The notes under the pieces are model-generated. The model did no database searches. It was not told the origin of the DNA and worked only from the letters and a program-made list of their open reading frames with translations. A DNA stretch of 64,000 bases from Nitrosopumilus sp. (GTDB taxonomy: Archaea; Thermoproteota; Nitrososphaeria; Nitrososphaerales; Nitrosopumilaceae). The stretch covers positions 32,001 to 96,000 of the forward strand of contig OZ242220.1 in assembly GCA_965206745.1 (NCBI GenBank), written 5' to 3'. The number at the start of each line of letters is the position of its first letter. Position 1 is the stretch's first letter. This document shows, one piece after another, positions 7,976-18,224 of this stretch. The position numbers were made by a program, and so were the translations under genes.

Positions 7976-9646
7976 TTGAACAAAGCGTACCTGATCCCCC
8001 TTATTTCATTATTGATAGTCGGTCTTGGCAACAACGCAGTTGCCCAATCTGATGACAAATTAGTAGTGCTGGAAACAGACCTTGGAACCATCGTAATGGA
8101 ATTCTTTACTGACGATGCACCAAACCATGTTGATAATTTCGTCGGCTTGGCAGAATCGGGATTTTATGATGGAGTGGTGTTTCATAGAATTATTCCAGGG
8201 TTTATGATCCAAGGTGGTGATCCTAACACGGTTAGTGGTGATCCCAACACCTGGGGGTCCGGCGGTCCTGGCACGAATGTGGATGCCGAATTCAATACAA
8301 TAAAGCATAATCGCGGAATATTATCGATGGCAAGATCTGCTGATCCTAACAGTGGAGGTTCACAGTTTTTCATTGTTCATAAAGATTCTAACTTTTTAGA
8401 TGAACAGTATACGGTGTTTGGAAGGATTGCAACTGAGGAGAGCTTTGAGACTTTGGATAAAATTGCATCAGTGGAAACTGGCAGCGGGGACAAGCCGACA
8501 GATCCTGAAAAAGTCAGAATAACAAAGGCTATGGCAGTAAACCGTTCTGAAGTTTCAAATCTTCTTGAATTGTCAGAACCTGAACGCCTCGAATCTATGA
8601 CACCTCCTTTAACTGACAATCGAGAACTTGAAAGTGATGAGCTTGGAATTACATTTAGCATACCTGAGGGCTGGACACTGCAAGAATTAGAAAAAACCGC
8701 AGATGACTCCCCTGACCTTGTCGCAATCGGACCAAAGATGGGTGCAGTGAATCCGAACATCTCCTTAACGATACAAAATACCGATCAAAGAACCTTTGAT
8801 GAAATAGTAGCTGAAAAAACTAGCATGTTGGAAGAACTTGCAGCATCTGAAAATTTGGAAATAATTTCACAGGATTGGGCCTCTATCAATGGAACAGATG
8901 CATTTGTAACTGATGCAAAAGGAGTATTTTCCACTGAGGTTGGAGATGTGGACGTACAATTTAGAGAGGTTGTATTTCATAGTCCTGAAAAATACTATGT
9001 CATTGTATATGCAAATGGTTTAGATGATTTTGCCTCAGAACTGCCTAGATTTGAAGAAACGTTAAACTCCTTTGAAATACTAGACTCTTCATCCTCATCT
9101 TCTGATAAACTAGACTCTTCATCCTCATCTTCTGATAAACTAGACTCTTCATCCTCATCTTCTGATAAACTAGACTCTTCATCCTCATCTTCTGATAAAC
9201 TAGGCGACTACAGACAAACAGGCAACGACACTGGCGCCTTTGAGCAAGTAGTAGAAGTTCCTGATGAATCCTCAGAAGGGGATGGGGGCTGTTTGATAGC
9301 AACAGCCACATTTGGCTCAGAACTTGCACCCCAAGTTCAACAGCTCCGTGAGATTCGAGATAATATTATTCTGTCAACTGAATCCGGAACTGCTTTTATG
9401 AGTGGATTTAACCAGATCTACTATTCCTTTTCGCCCATAATTGCTGACTTGGAACGGGAGAACCCACTTTTCAAGGAAGCCGTTAAACTCTCAATCACCC
9501 CAATGTTGTCCACACTATCAATTCTAAACCATGTCGAGATTAATTCCGAATCTGAAATGCTATCTTATGGAATTGGAATAATTTTGATGAATCTTGGAAT
9601 TTATTTTGCCGTACCTGCAGTTGTCATTTACAAGATTAGAAAATAA
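7976..9646 (+). CDS. Secreted cyclophilin-type PPIase with PsbP-like domain and CFI-box-CTERM
   Basis: FHRIIPGFMIQGGDP, SMARS..PNSGGSQFFI; C-terminal GGCLIATATFGSELAPQVQQLRE plus TM anchor. Confidence 0.92.
   Translation: MNKAYLIPLISLLIVGLGNNAVAQSDDKLVVLETDLGTIVMEFFTDDAPNHVDNFVGLAESGFYDGVVFHRIIPGFMIQGGDPNTVSGDPNTWGSGGPGTNVDAEFNTIKHNRGILSMARSADPNSGGSQFFIVHKDSNFLDEQYTVFGRIATEESFETLDKIASVETGSGDKPTDPEKVRITKAMAVNRSEVSNLLELSEPERLESMTPPLTDNRELESDELGITFSIPEGWTLQELEKTADDSPDLVAIGPKMGAVNPNISLTIQNTDQRTFDEIVAEKTSMLEELAASENLEIISQDWASINGTDAFVTDAKGVFSTEVGDVDVQFREVVFHSPEKYYVIVYANGLDDFASELPRFEETLNSFEILDSSSSSSDKLDSSSSSSDKLDSSSSSSDKLDSSSSSSDKLGDYRQTGNDTGAFEQVVEVPDESSEGDGGCLIATATFGSELAPQVQQLREIRDNIILSTESGTAFMSGFNQIYYSFSPIIADLERENPLFKEAVKLSITPMLSTLSILNHVEINSESEMLSYGIGIILMNLGIYFAVPAVVIYKIRK
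9079..9203 (+). repeat. Intragenic 30-bp tandem repeat x4 encoding (LDSSSSSSDK)n linker
   Basis: ACTAGACTCTTCATCCTCATCTTCTGATAA exact at 9079, 9109, 9139, 9169. Confidence 0.95.
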
Positions 9647-9657
9647 TTAAATCTCTT

Positions 9658-11016
9658 CTACCAAACATCATCTACCTCGTCAAGCAGCCTGTATTCCTTC
9701 TCCGTATCACGTTTCATCAGTTTCAGCCTTGAGATGTCCCTGTCAAAGAACAGATCTATCGTCCAATCAAGAAGTACGCGAGTTTTTTTGTCAAATGTCG
9801 TAATCTTTGAGAGATACACGTTTCTCCAAATCAGCCAAGCCCAAAATCCGGAAATGTTCATTCCCAAAAACGTGGCAATCCCTGATCTTTTTCCAATGAT
9901 TGCCATCTGTCCCTTGGAATGGTAAACAAATCTCTCTTTTTTAGAATTTTTAATCAGTGCGATTAGATTTTTGGCAGCAATCTTTGCCTGAGCTTCTGCA
10001 ATTTGGGCAGTCGGAGGCAGTGGTCTTTGTGTCTGAGGATCAATGTATAGTGCACAGTCACCTATTGCAAATACTCCGGGAAAATCCGAAACTTCCAGAT
10101 GGTCATTTACTACGACCTTTCCCTTTTCCGTCTTAAACATTGATCTCTTGATGGTGTTGACTGGAGTCACCCCTGCAGTCCAAATCAGTGTCTTTGTGAT
10201 TATCGAGTCAATTTTAGAGGAATCAACTGGCTCCTTTGGATTCTCATCCAATGATTTTGTTGTCACCTCGTTCCCATCAAAACTGGTAACTGCCGTCTTT
10301 AATCTAATGTCAATTCCCCTCTCCATCATCTTCTCTTTTGCAAAATCTGCCAGCTTTTGGTTAAATCCGGGCAAAATCATTCCCAGAGCTTCCAGGACAA
10401 TCACCTTGAGATCACCTTTGTCAATTGTGGGATAGTGCTTTCTTGCATCTAAAAGCAGATCCATTAACTCTCCTGCAGTCTCAATTCCGGCAAATCCTCC
10501 CCCCACAACTACAAAATTCAAAAAACTTTTTCGAAGGATTGGGTTTGTTTCATTTTCAGCCTGCTCCAACATATCGATCACCCTGTTTCTCAGCACGACG
10601 GCGTCATTGAGCGTCTTCATAGTGTAGGCATTCTTTTCAACATCTGCCATTCCAAAGAAGTTAGTTTCGCTTCCAAGTGCAACCACCAAAAAGTCATAAT
10701 GAATCAAGATGCCCCTCTTATCCTTGGTTCCCCACAATGTTACTAGCTTCCCGTAGGGATCGATGTTTTTGATTCTTCCCTCATAGAACTTTGTTTTTTT
10801 ACAGATTGTTCTGATGGGCAAAACAATATGCCTAGTCTCAATCATTCCGGATGCGACTTGCGGCAGCATTGGCGTAAACAATAGAAAGTTATCCTCGCTT
10901 ATCATTATTATCTCAATTTCAGGATCGTTTCCAAATTTTGATTCTAGTTCTCTGGTACATTCCACTCCTGCAAAGCCTCCGCCCAAAACCACGATCTTCT
11001 TCTTATTTCTTGCCAA
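9658..11016 (-). CDS. Type II NADH dehydrogenase-like FAD oxidoreductase
   Basis: Two GxGxxG motifs (GGGFAG), FTPMLPQVASG, AIGD, PPTAQIA. Confidence 0.9.
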   Translation of the reverse strand: MARNKKKIVVLGGGFAGVECTRELESKFGNDPEIEIIMISEDNFLLFTPMLPQVASGMIETRHIVLPIRTICKKTKFYEGRIKNIDPYGKLVTLWGTKDKRGILIHYDFLVVALGSETNFFGMADVEKNAYTMKTLNDAVVLRNRVIDMLEQAENETNPILRKSFLNFVVVGGGFAGIETAGELMDLLLDARKHYPTIDKGDLKVIVLEALGMILPGFNQKLADFAKEKMMERGIDIRLKTAVTSFDGNEVTTKSLDENPKEPVDSSKIDSIITKTLIWTAGVTPVNTIKRSMFKTEKGKVVVNDHLEVSDFPGVFAIGDCALYIDPQTQRPLPPTAQIAEAQAKIAAKNLIALIKNSKKERFVYHSKGQMAIIGKRSGIATFLGMNISGFWAWLIWRNVYLSKITTFDKKTRVLLDWTIDLFFDRDISRLKLMKRDTEKEYRLLDEVDDVW

Positions 11017-11076
11017 TGGTATCTTTTACACAAACTGGGTGAATATATGCTATAAGAATAATATCTGGATTGCCCC

Positions 11077-11745
11077 CTAGGTTCTCATAATGTCTGAATG
11101 TAGTATGTCATAGGCTCTTGATGAATCCCTCTCATTTAAGATAATTGTGATGTTATCTTGGCTGAAAAATGCGTTAACCAACTCAACGCCGTTTGCATGC
11201 AGCACCTCGGCTACATAGGACACCACATCTGATTGGTTTTGAGAGTTTGGAATTGAAATTCTAATTTTTGCAAGGCCCGTACTAAACATATCGTCCCTTT
11301 CTGGGATGTGATTGAAGATCTGCCTAATATCGTCCATATCCTCTGCAAGAAATCTAAATGAATCAGACAATCTGAAAAACTCATAGTTGTTTGTTACCTT
11401 GGAGAATTTGTCCAAAATTGCCATTGGATCCATCTGATTTGAATCCTTTATGGAAAACCTGACATCCATTATTCCATCAGTCAATGCCAACCTCGCATTC
11501 TTCAAGACTGACTCTTCCTTGAGATCCTCTTTACTTTCAAACGAATCGGCATATCTCTTAATAGCTACAACTACTGTATTGAGATTTACAGCATTTCCTA
11601 GGACTCTTTCTATCTCCGGCTGAATCTTTACTGCCAGGGCCGTATAATTTATCAAATCCATCTTCATACAATCATAAATTGAGCGATTTCTGGTAATGAT
11701 CTCCCTTACCACTTCGGGTATGGACATGTTTGTAGTCCTCATCAT
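11077..11745 (-). CDS. ACT-domain regulatory protein
   Basis: INYTALA N-terminal helix and C-terminal ACT-like region (LHANGVELV). Confidence 0.75.
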   Translation of the reverse strand: MMRTTNMSIPEVVREIITRNRSIYDCMKMDLINYTALAVKIQPEIERVLGNAVNLNTVVVAIKRYADSFESKEDLKEESVLKNARLALTDGIMDVRFSIKDSNQMDPMAILDKFSKVTNNYEFFRLSDSFRFLAEDMDDIRQIFNHIPERDDMFSTGLAKIRISIPNSQNQSDVVSYVAEVLHANGVELVNAFFSQDNITIILNERDSSRAYDILHSDIMRT

Positions 11746-11840
11746 GATTATTATATAATGTCAGTTATAATAGGATTATGTAAGAAATCAAAGAAATATC
11801 CATAATCTTTATATAATGTCATACATATTACATACTATAG

Positions 11841-12332
11841 GTGAATATGACAATGTACTTTGATAGCGAATTTGAAAGAATCTTCAAAAAAATGTCCAGC
11901 TCTTTTTTTGACATCGATGACATTCTTGAGGAACTCAAGGAATCTGGTCCGCACTATTACAGTTACACAATGACTGTCAGTCCGGATGGTAGGCCCGTTG
12001 TAAGGGAGTATGGAAATGTCAAACCAGGACACTTGCCTGCTGACACACGAGAACCACTCGTTGATACAATTGTTGATGAAAAAGACAAAGTAGTAAAACT
12101 CATAGCTGAGATGCCAGGAGTTGAAAAATCCGACGTCAAGATTGTTGTCAAAAACAAAACAGTCGATCTTTCAGCCAAACGCGGTGATAAGAGATATCAC
12201 ACAAAAGTTCCCTTGCAACACAAGGTTGATGAAGACTCTGCAAAGGCTTCCTACAAAAACGGGGTTTTGCAGATCATCTTCAAGTTAGTTGAGGAGGAAA
12301 AACCAAAAGACAAAGTGGTGGAGGTTGAATAA
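11841..12332 (+). CDS. hsp20: Small heat-shock protein Hsp20
   Basis: GRPVVREYGN, AEMPGVEK, ASYKNGVL alpha-crystallin motifs. Confidence 0.93.
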   Translation: MNMTMYFDSEFERIFKKMSSSFFDIDDILEELKESGPHYYSYTMTVSPDGRPVVREYGNVKPGHLPADTREPLVDTIVDEKDKVVKLIAEMPGVEKSDVKIVVKNKTVDLSAKRGDKRYHTKVPLQHKVDEDSAKASYKNGVLQIIFKLVEEEKPKDKVVEVE

Positions 12333-12358
12333 ACCCCTCACTAATTTGAGGTACTGAT

Positions 12359-14509
12359 ATGAACAAAGTAATTTTAAAAATTGAAGAAAGTCCGCAACAG
12401 CATGTTGGAAGGGGCAGGGCAATAGTTGATCCCAAAATCATCGAGGATCAAGGATGGAGTACTGGACAGATCTTGGAACTAACATACAACAAAAAGACGC
12501 ATGTAAAACTCTGGCCTGGCACGGTCGTAGAGTATGGTACTGGCACCATCAAGATCGATGGAATGACCAGACAGAATATAGGGGCCGGCATAGGTGATAA
12601 AATTTCAATAAAATCAGTCGAGGCCGTTAATGCCCAACAGATTGTTTTGTCTCCGACTGAAAAAATTACAGCCGAAGGACTGCAGGAATACATGATTTAC
12701 AACTATCTCAATCACGTATTTACAACCGGGGATTCGGTATCTCTGAACACGCAGATGGGAGGCAGGGTTCAATTTGTTGTAACTAGTACGAAACCGCCAA
12801 AGCCTGTCATTGTTACAGAGAACACAGTTTTCAAGCTAGGGACAATGACCAAAGGAATTGACTCATCTGTGCCCAGAATAACATACGACGAGCTTGGAGG
12901 CCTAAAAAATGAGGTTCGAAAAATCCGAGAGATGGTCGAACTGCCAATGAGGCATCCCGAACTCTTTGATAAAATAGGCGTGGAGGCCCCAAAAGGCGTG
13001 CTTTTGTATGGTCCACCAGGAACTGGCAAAACCCTGCTTGCAAAAGCAGTCGCAGGAGAAACAAATGCCCACTTTATCTCCCTTAGCGGTCCTGAAATAA
13101 TGGGCAAGCATTACGGGGAAAGCGAGGAGCGAATCAGGGAGATCTTTGCCCAAGCTGCAGAGAATGCTCCGAGCATAATCTTCATCGACGAGATTGACTC
13201 GATTGCTCCAAAAAGAGATGAGGTATCAGGCGAATTAGAGAAGAGAATTGTATCCCAACTGCTGACTCTGATGGACGGCATGCAGTCCAGGGGCAAGGTT
13301 GTCGTGATTGCAGCCACCAACAGGCCTGACTCGATTGATCCTGCACTCAGAAGGCCTGGAAGATTTGACAGGGAGATAGAGATTGGAATTCCAGACGATG
13401 AAGGAAGGTTTGATATTCTCTCAATCCATACCCGCGGAATGCCAATTGATCAAAAAGTGGATCTCAGACGAATCTCAAAGATTACACATGGATTCGTAGG
13501 GGCTGACTTGGAAGTATTATCCAAAGAGGCGGCAATGAGATCCCTTCGCAGGATTATTCCTGAGATTGATCTTGATGAGGAAAAAATCTCGTCAGAGATA
13601 CTCCAAAAGATCCAAATTACCGGCGATGACTTTGGGGATGCGCTAAAAGAAGTTAGGCCCAGTGCACTCAGGGAGGTCCAAGTACAGGTTCCAGATGTTA
13701 GCTGGGACGATGTAGGCGGATTGGATGGGCTAAAGGAGGAACTCCGGGAAGCTGTTGAATGGCCTATCAAATACAGGGATGCATATGATTACGTAGATGT
13801 GGAATCGCCAAAAGGAATTCTGCTGTACGGCCCTCCCGGAACTGGCAAGACCATGATGGCAAAAGCCCTTGCAAAAATGACAGAGTCCAACTTTATCAGC
13901 ATCAAGGGTCCGGAACTGCTCTCAAAATGGGTTGGAGAATCTGAAAAGGGGGTAAGGGAGATCTTCAGAAAGGCCAGACAGGCAGCGCCATGCATCATAT
14001 TTTTTGACGAGGTTGATGCGCTTGTTCCAAGACGGGGCAGCGGCTCTGGCTCACATGTTACAGAAAACGTGGTATCCCAAATTCTTACAGAGATTGACGG
14101 ATTAGAGGAACTGCACGACGTGTTGATAATTGGTGCAACAAACAGATTGGACATCGTAGATGAGGCCCTTCTCAGACCGGGCAGATTTGACAGGGTCATC
14201 AAAGTTCCAAATCCTGATGCGAAGGGACGACTGCACATCTTTGAGATTCATACAAAAAACAAGCCCCTCGGAGATGACGTGCAGCCCTCAGAAATAGTAA
14301 AGCTGACTGAAGACTTTAGCGGCGCTGAGATTGCAGCAGTTGCCAACAGGGCAGCCATTACAGCTTTGAAGAGATATGTTGCCGGCAAGTCAAAGAATGT
14401 CAAGGAGATCAAGATTGTCCAACAAGATCTCATCGATGCTGTCGATAAGGTAAAGCCTCGAAGAAAGGAGGCGCCCATACCCCAATCCATAAAACAGTCT
14501 AAATACTAA
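12359..14509 (+). CDS. cdc48: CDC48/VCP family AAA+ ATPase
   Basis: N domain plus two AAA modules (GPPGTGKT twice, FIDEID/FFDEVD, RPGRFDR twice). Confidence 0.96.
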   Translation: MNKVILKIEESPQQHVGRGRAIVDPKIIEDQGWSTGQILELTYNKKTHVKLWPGTVVEYGTGTIKIDGMTRQNIGAGIGDKISIKSVEAVNAQQIVLSPTEKITAEGLQEYMIYNYLNHVFTTGDSVSLNTQMGGRVQFVVTSTKPPKPVIVTENTVFKLGTMTKGIDSSVPRITYDELGGLKNEVRKIREMVELPMRHPELFDKIGVEAPKGVLLYGPPGTGKTLLAKAVAGETNAHFISLSGPEIMGKHYGESEERIREIFAQAAENAPSIIFIDEIDSIAPKRDEVSGELEKRIVSQLLTLMDGMQSRGKVVVIAATNRPDSIDPALRRPGRFDREIEIGIPDDEGRFDILSIHTRGMPIDQKVDLRRISKITHGFVGADLEVLSKEAAMRSLRRIIPEIDLDEEKISSEILQKIQITGDDFGDALKEVRPSALREVQVQVPDVSWDDVGGLDGLKEELREAVEWPIKYRDAYDYVDVESPKGILLYGPPGTGKTMMAKALAKMTESNFISIKGPELLSKWVGESEKGVREIFRKARQAAPCIIFFDEVDALVPRRGSGSGSHVTENVVSQILTEIDGLEELHDVLIIGATNRLDIVDEALLRPGRFDRVIKVPNPDAKGRLHIFEIHTKNKPLGDDVQPSEIVKLTEDFSGAEIAAVANRAAITALKRYVAGKSKNVKEIKIVQQDLIDAVDKVKPRRKEAPIPQSIKQSKY

Positions 14510-14527
14510 GGAAAATGACATAGAACC

Positions 14528-14746
14528 ATGAAGCTCTATCTGGACTTTGAACCGTGCAAAGAGTGCAATGCCATGATGACCGAACTGAGCAGTCCTGAAA
14601 TGCTGTTTGCCGATGAAAAAACTAGGGCAGACGAATCGGCAAAGTTTCTTAGACATCTGACGTATAACCACAATGAGGTAGTCCAAGCAGTCATGGAAGA
14701 TCTTCCAAAGCAGAAGAGAGATCAGGAACCTGATTTCTACAAATAG
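14528..14746 (+). CDS. Small hypothetical protein with CxxC and HxxxxH (possible Zn site)
   Basis: CKEC...HLTYNH; follows cdc48 in an apparent operon. Confidence 0.65.
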   Translation: MKLYLDFEPCKECNAMMTELSSPEMLFADEKTRADESAKFLRHLTYNHNEVVQAVMEDLPKQKRDQEPDFYK

Positions 14747-14816
14747 CCGCCTTTACTCTTAGCAATGAATAATCATATTCATATACAAAACCACCGTAAT
14801 ATTCTTGTGAAACTAT

Positions 14817-15254
14817 ATGAAGACTAGCATTATTTTTAGCATAATTGCTCTGCTTGCACTGGCCGGTTTTTCACAGACGACATCTGCCATTGAAATAGAA
14901 CAGATACCGGGGCCGCCACAGATACCCGAACCCAGTCCCCTGCCAGATCCCATCAGAATGCCAGATCCTCCATTTGCACCAAATCCTTTCCCCGAAGAAT
15001 CTGATTCAGAAAAACTAAAGCAACTAACTAACGAAAATAATAATCTGAAACAACGAAACAAACATCTGCAAAACCAGATACAGTCACTCAATAATGAAAA
15101 GTCCAGACTACTGGCAGAAATATCAGAGCTAAACGGTATGATACAAAATCTAAAGAAGATTACATTAGAACAAGTTAAAGTGATGATGGATCTGGTGAAC
15201 CAACTCAAAGAGACAGCATACGAAAAGATATTTTCTCCTGCAGTTCAACTGTAG
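14817..15254 (+). CDS. Secreted Pro-rich coiled-coil protein
   Basis: Signal peptide, Pro-rich linker, heptad-rich C-terminus. Confidence 0.7.
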   Translation: MKTSIIFSIIALLALAGFSQTTSAIEIEQIPGPPQIPEPSPLPDPIRMPDPPFAPNPFPEESDSEKLKQLTNENNNLKQRNKHLQNQIQSLNNEKSRLLAEISELNGMIQNLKKITLEQVKVMMDLVNQLKETAYEKIFSPAVQL

Positions 15255-15271
15255 GATGTCTCTCAAGCAGT

Positions 15272-16192
15272 CTATTCTGCCAGCTTTAATGTCTTCCTAA
15301 TCAGGACCGTCCTGTTTCTGATTGTGACATTGCTGATTCCAGATTCTGCTGCAAACTTTTTCTGACTGATCCTCTCCCCGTTCATTATACATGAGATGTA
15401 TAATGATGCGGCAGCCTGCGCCACAGGGTGCTTTCCAGCAGTAATCTGCTCCCTCTCGCAGCGGTCTAGTATCTTGAATGCATCCCGTTTTGTCTTCTCT
15501 CTCAGATTCATGTTGTTTGAGATTTTTGAGATAAACGATGCTGTATCGTACTGGTTAAGACTCAATTCTAGCTTTTTGATTATGGTTCTCAAGTCTCTGG
15601 AGAGTATCCGCCTTTCAATATTTCCGGCATCTGCTATGTCGTCTAGTGTTCTTGGCATGTTGTTTTCCCTACATGCTGCATAAAGTGAGGCTGCAATCAG
15701 CGAGGCCATGCTCCTTCCCCTAGTCAGCCCCGCACTGACTGCTTTTCTATAAATGTAGGCTGCATTTTCCACGACATTGTCTGAGATTCCCAGTTTTGTC
15801 TTCATCCCGTGAAGTAAGGTGAAAGCCTTGCTTAAACTAGCCGTCTTTCTTGATTTGCTTCTTTGATCCCACGTTCGTAATCTGTTGAACTCGTATTTTG
15901 TTTTGCTAGGCAGCGCCTTTCCAGTCGAATCTTTATTTGCGCCAATCACAGTTGACAGCCCCCTGTCATTCATAGTTAATGATGTGGCAGGACCCGTTCT
16001 TGACAGCTTCATAAAGTCCTCTTGGCTGTAACTGCCGTTTCCATGTGATGCATCAGTCATGTTTTGCAATAGGATAAGACCACATCCCCCACAAACAATT
16101 TCTCCCCTTTCGGAATCTGTTATTGTTGGATAGGCCTTGCAAGCATCTAGTTGACACTTGACATCATGGCTGTTTGAAATATCTTCTATCAC
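15272..16192 (-). CDS. tfb: Transcription initiation factor IIB paralogue
   Basis: Zn ribbon (C..DAC...GEIVCGGCG), cyclin repeats GRS....AASLY.ACR and GKHP...AAA.LY. Confidence 0.93.
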   Translation of the reverse strand: MIEDISNSHDVKCQLDACKAYPTITDSERGEIVCGGCGLILLQNMTDASHGNGSYSQEDFMKLSRTGPATSLTMNDRGLSTVIGANKDSTGKALPSKTKYEFNRLRTWDQRSKSRKTASLSKAFTLLHGMKTKLGISDNVVENAAYIYRKAVSAGLTRGRSMASLIAASLYAACRENNMPRTLDDIADAGNIERRILSRDLRTIIKKLELSLNQYDTASFISKISNNMNLREKTKRDAFKILDRCEREQITAGKHPVAQAAASLYISCIMNGERISQKKFAAESGISNVTIRNRTVLIRKTLKLAE

Positions 16193-16361
16193 TGTAAATT
16201 ACTATTTGGTGATTATAAAATAAAAATATCATGATTCAGGTAATTTTGTAATCAAAACTAAACTTTACAAACAAAAAATACCTAGAATCTTCTCAAAAAC
16301 TAGTTTCTAATTGTAACATTATACGTGCTGTAATAAATGTTAAAATTAAAACATTTTTGGC

Positions 16362-16553
16362 TTATTTTTTGATTGATTCCAAAGAATGTCCGCGGTTTGT
16401 AATCATTTGAGTGACTGCCTCAATGGTGTAGTCAATTCCGTGCTCTTCCTCAAAATGATCTCTTAACTTCTCAATTAGGCCCAAAGTTTTTTCTTCATCA
16501 AGAAGGTATTTGCATTCAAAACCATAGTCCTCACATCTCAACTTTAGCATCAT
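16362..16553 (-). CDS. DUF1059-like small metal-binding protein
   Basis: LRCEDYGFEC...HFEEEHG pattern. Confidence 0.75.
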   Translation of the reverse strand: MMLKLRCEDYGFECKYLLDEEKTLGLIEKLRDHFEEEHGIDYTIEAVTQMITNRGHSLESIKK

Positions 16554-16681
16554 TTAGTCTGGAAAACAGACTGAACCTATAAAAACTGTGGACACATCTA
16601 AATCTGAACTTGACTAGGCACAAACTGCATCAGACCCGATTCAAACAGCACTAATAATGTCAATTAACTTCTATTGAACAT

Positions 16682-17062
16682 ATGAAAGGCCTAGAGTTTA
16701 TTTTTCTTGGAGCAGGCTCAGTACTTGGGGCATATCTGAGATTCAAAGTGGTGGAATCTCCTCTGCTTTTTAACACACTGCCCATCAACGTCCTGATAGT
16801 CAATGTACTTGGGGCCTTTGTCTTGGGCATGTTTGTTGTTCTATCACAGCACTGGCATCTTGATGGAAGATATTCTCTATTTGCGGCAGTCGGATTCTGT
16901 GGCTCGCTTACCACAATGTCCTCATTTGCACTTGATTCTAGCAATCTTTTGGAGAGCAACCAGTACGGAACCCTCATTATCAACATACTGGCTAATGTTG
17001 GCCTCTCAATTGCAGCACTGATTGGAGGAAAGTCATTAATGAGCGGGATTATTAATAATTAA
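16682..17062 (+). CDS. crcB: Fluoride channel CrcB/FluC
   Basis: GAYLRF, NVLGAFVLG, GFCGSLTTMSSF. Confidence 0.92.
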   Translation: MKGLEFIFLGAGSVLGAYLRFKVVESPLLFNTLPINVLIVNVLGAFVLGMFVVLSQHWHLDGRYSLFAAVGFCGSLTTMSSFALDSSNLLESNQYGTLIINILANVGLSIAALIGGKSLMSGIINN

Positions 17063-17068
17063 TTAGAA

Positions 17069-17299
17069 ATGGTCTATTCATATCAAGTTGTAAAGTTTCA
17101 AACAATTTCCTTCGTACAAGGAACTCATTGGTCTCAATCTGTAGGTGACAAAGGAATCCTTTACAAATCGCTCAAAGATCCGTTCTCAAAACTTATCGTT
17201 CAGTCTTCTAATGGATCAAAAAAACTCTATCGTGTTCCAAAGGACAGAACGGTCGTTGTGACAAATGACACCGTACATTTTCTCGGCGAAATATCCTGA
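17069..17299 (+). CDS. Hypothetical protein
   Basis: 76-aa ATG ORF immediately after crcB. Confidence 0.6.
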   Translation: MVYSYQVVKFQTISFVQGTHWSQSVGDKGILYKSLKDPFSKLIVQSSNGSKKLYRVPKDRTVVVTNDTVHFLGEIS

Positions 17300-17572
17300 T
17301 TATTTAAAAAACTGATCAACCTGGTCTCTGTATTTTAGAGCAATCTTTCCAAATTCTGTAAAATCGTCTGCAGTTGGATATTTCATCTTCATCGCAAACT
17401 GATTGATGAATACGGATAACGCACTGCCGATGATCAGGTTATACACTCCGTCTGCAATGTTGTTTGAATATGGAAACGCCACCTTGATAAATGGCAGGTA
17501 TGTCTCTGTCTGCGAAATCATTAATTTGATGTGCTTTTCAACGAATTCTTCCACGTCAGCAGGAATTGCCAT
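17300..17572 (-). CDS. Hypothetical protein
   Basis: 90-aa ATG ORF with TATA-like TTTATAA about 25 bp upstream. Confidence 0.7.
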   Translation of the reverse strand: MAIPADVEEFVEKHIKLMISQTETYLPFIKVAFPYSNNIADGVYNLIIGSALSVFINQFAMKMKYPTADDFTEFGKIALKYRDQVDQFFK

Positions 17573-17866
17573 GATTATACTGGTATCGATTTCTTATAAA
17601 TAGGATTTTGATTTTTACGATGATCTCTTACCCACAAATTTGGATTCATGCACTTTTCTGTCCATTAAAAGACATCACAACTGTCTATTGCAGTCCGGAG
17701 AAATTCCTTCAAATTCTGCGAATTTGCAGCAGCTTTGTATGGGCAGTTTCTGCCAGGTTTGCCATGCGCCCATTTTTTAAATTTGATCAAAATGAAATTG
17801 AATTTATACGGCGAATGCCATTTTTCATTATTGCTTGATCTGGATAAGAAAGTATTTGGTGGCATC

Positions 17867-18130
17867 ATGACCAAGGAAATCATAGGTGCTGCCCCGCCCG
17901 CATTTCCTGACACGAAAAAGAATCTTGAAGACGAACTCGGAATACTAATTGCAGAGTTGGAAACACTCTCTGATGAAAGTTTGAAAGATCTGCTGCAAGA
18001 ACAAAAAATTGCCCAGGAACACATCAATAGTAGGCCCGGCGCAATGGCCCTGGCCCAAAACAAAATTCAACTATTCAACGAGTACAGCAAGAAATATCTT
18101 CAAGCTATACAGCAAAGACTGCAATCCTAG
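17867..18130 (+). CDS. Hypothetical helical protein
   Basis: C-terminal part of ORF 17735-18130; in-frame ATG at 17867 (MTKEIIG...) is the more plausible start. Confidence 0.6.
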   Translation: MTKEIIGAAPPAFPDTKKNLEDELGILIAELETLSDESLKDLLQEQKIAQEHINSRPGAMALAQNKIQLFNEYSKKYLQAIQQRLQS

Positions 18131-18224
18131 CCATCCGAATCCGTACTGTTGATTGTTTTCATGCCTAATTGAGAACCCTGTAAACAAAGGTGTGTCTGCC
18201 AGAAAAGATCCTGTGGGGCATGGT

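Noticed and set aside
16554-16681. Fluoride riboswitch upstream of crcB
   Set aside because: No GGCGATGG..TCGCC / GCTGATGAC signature is visible.
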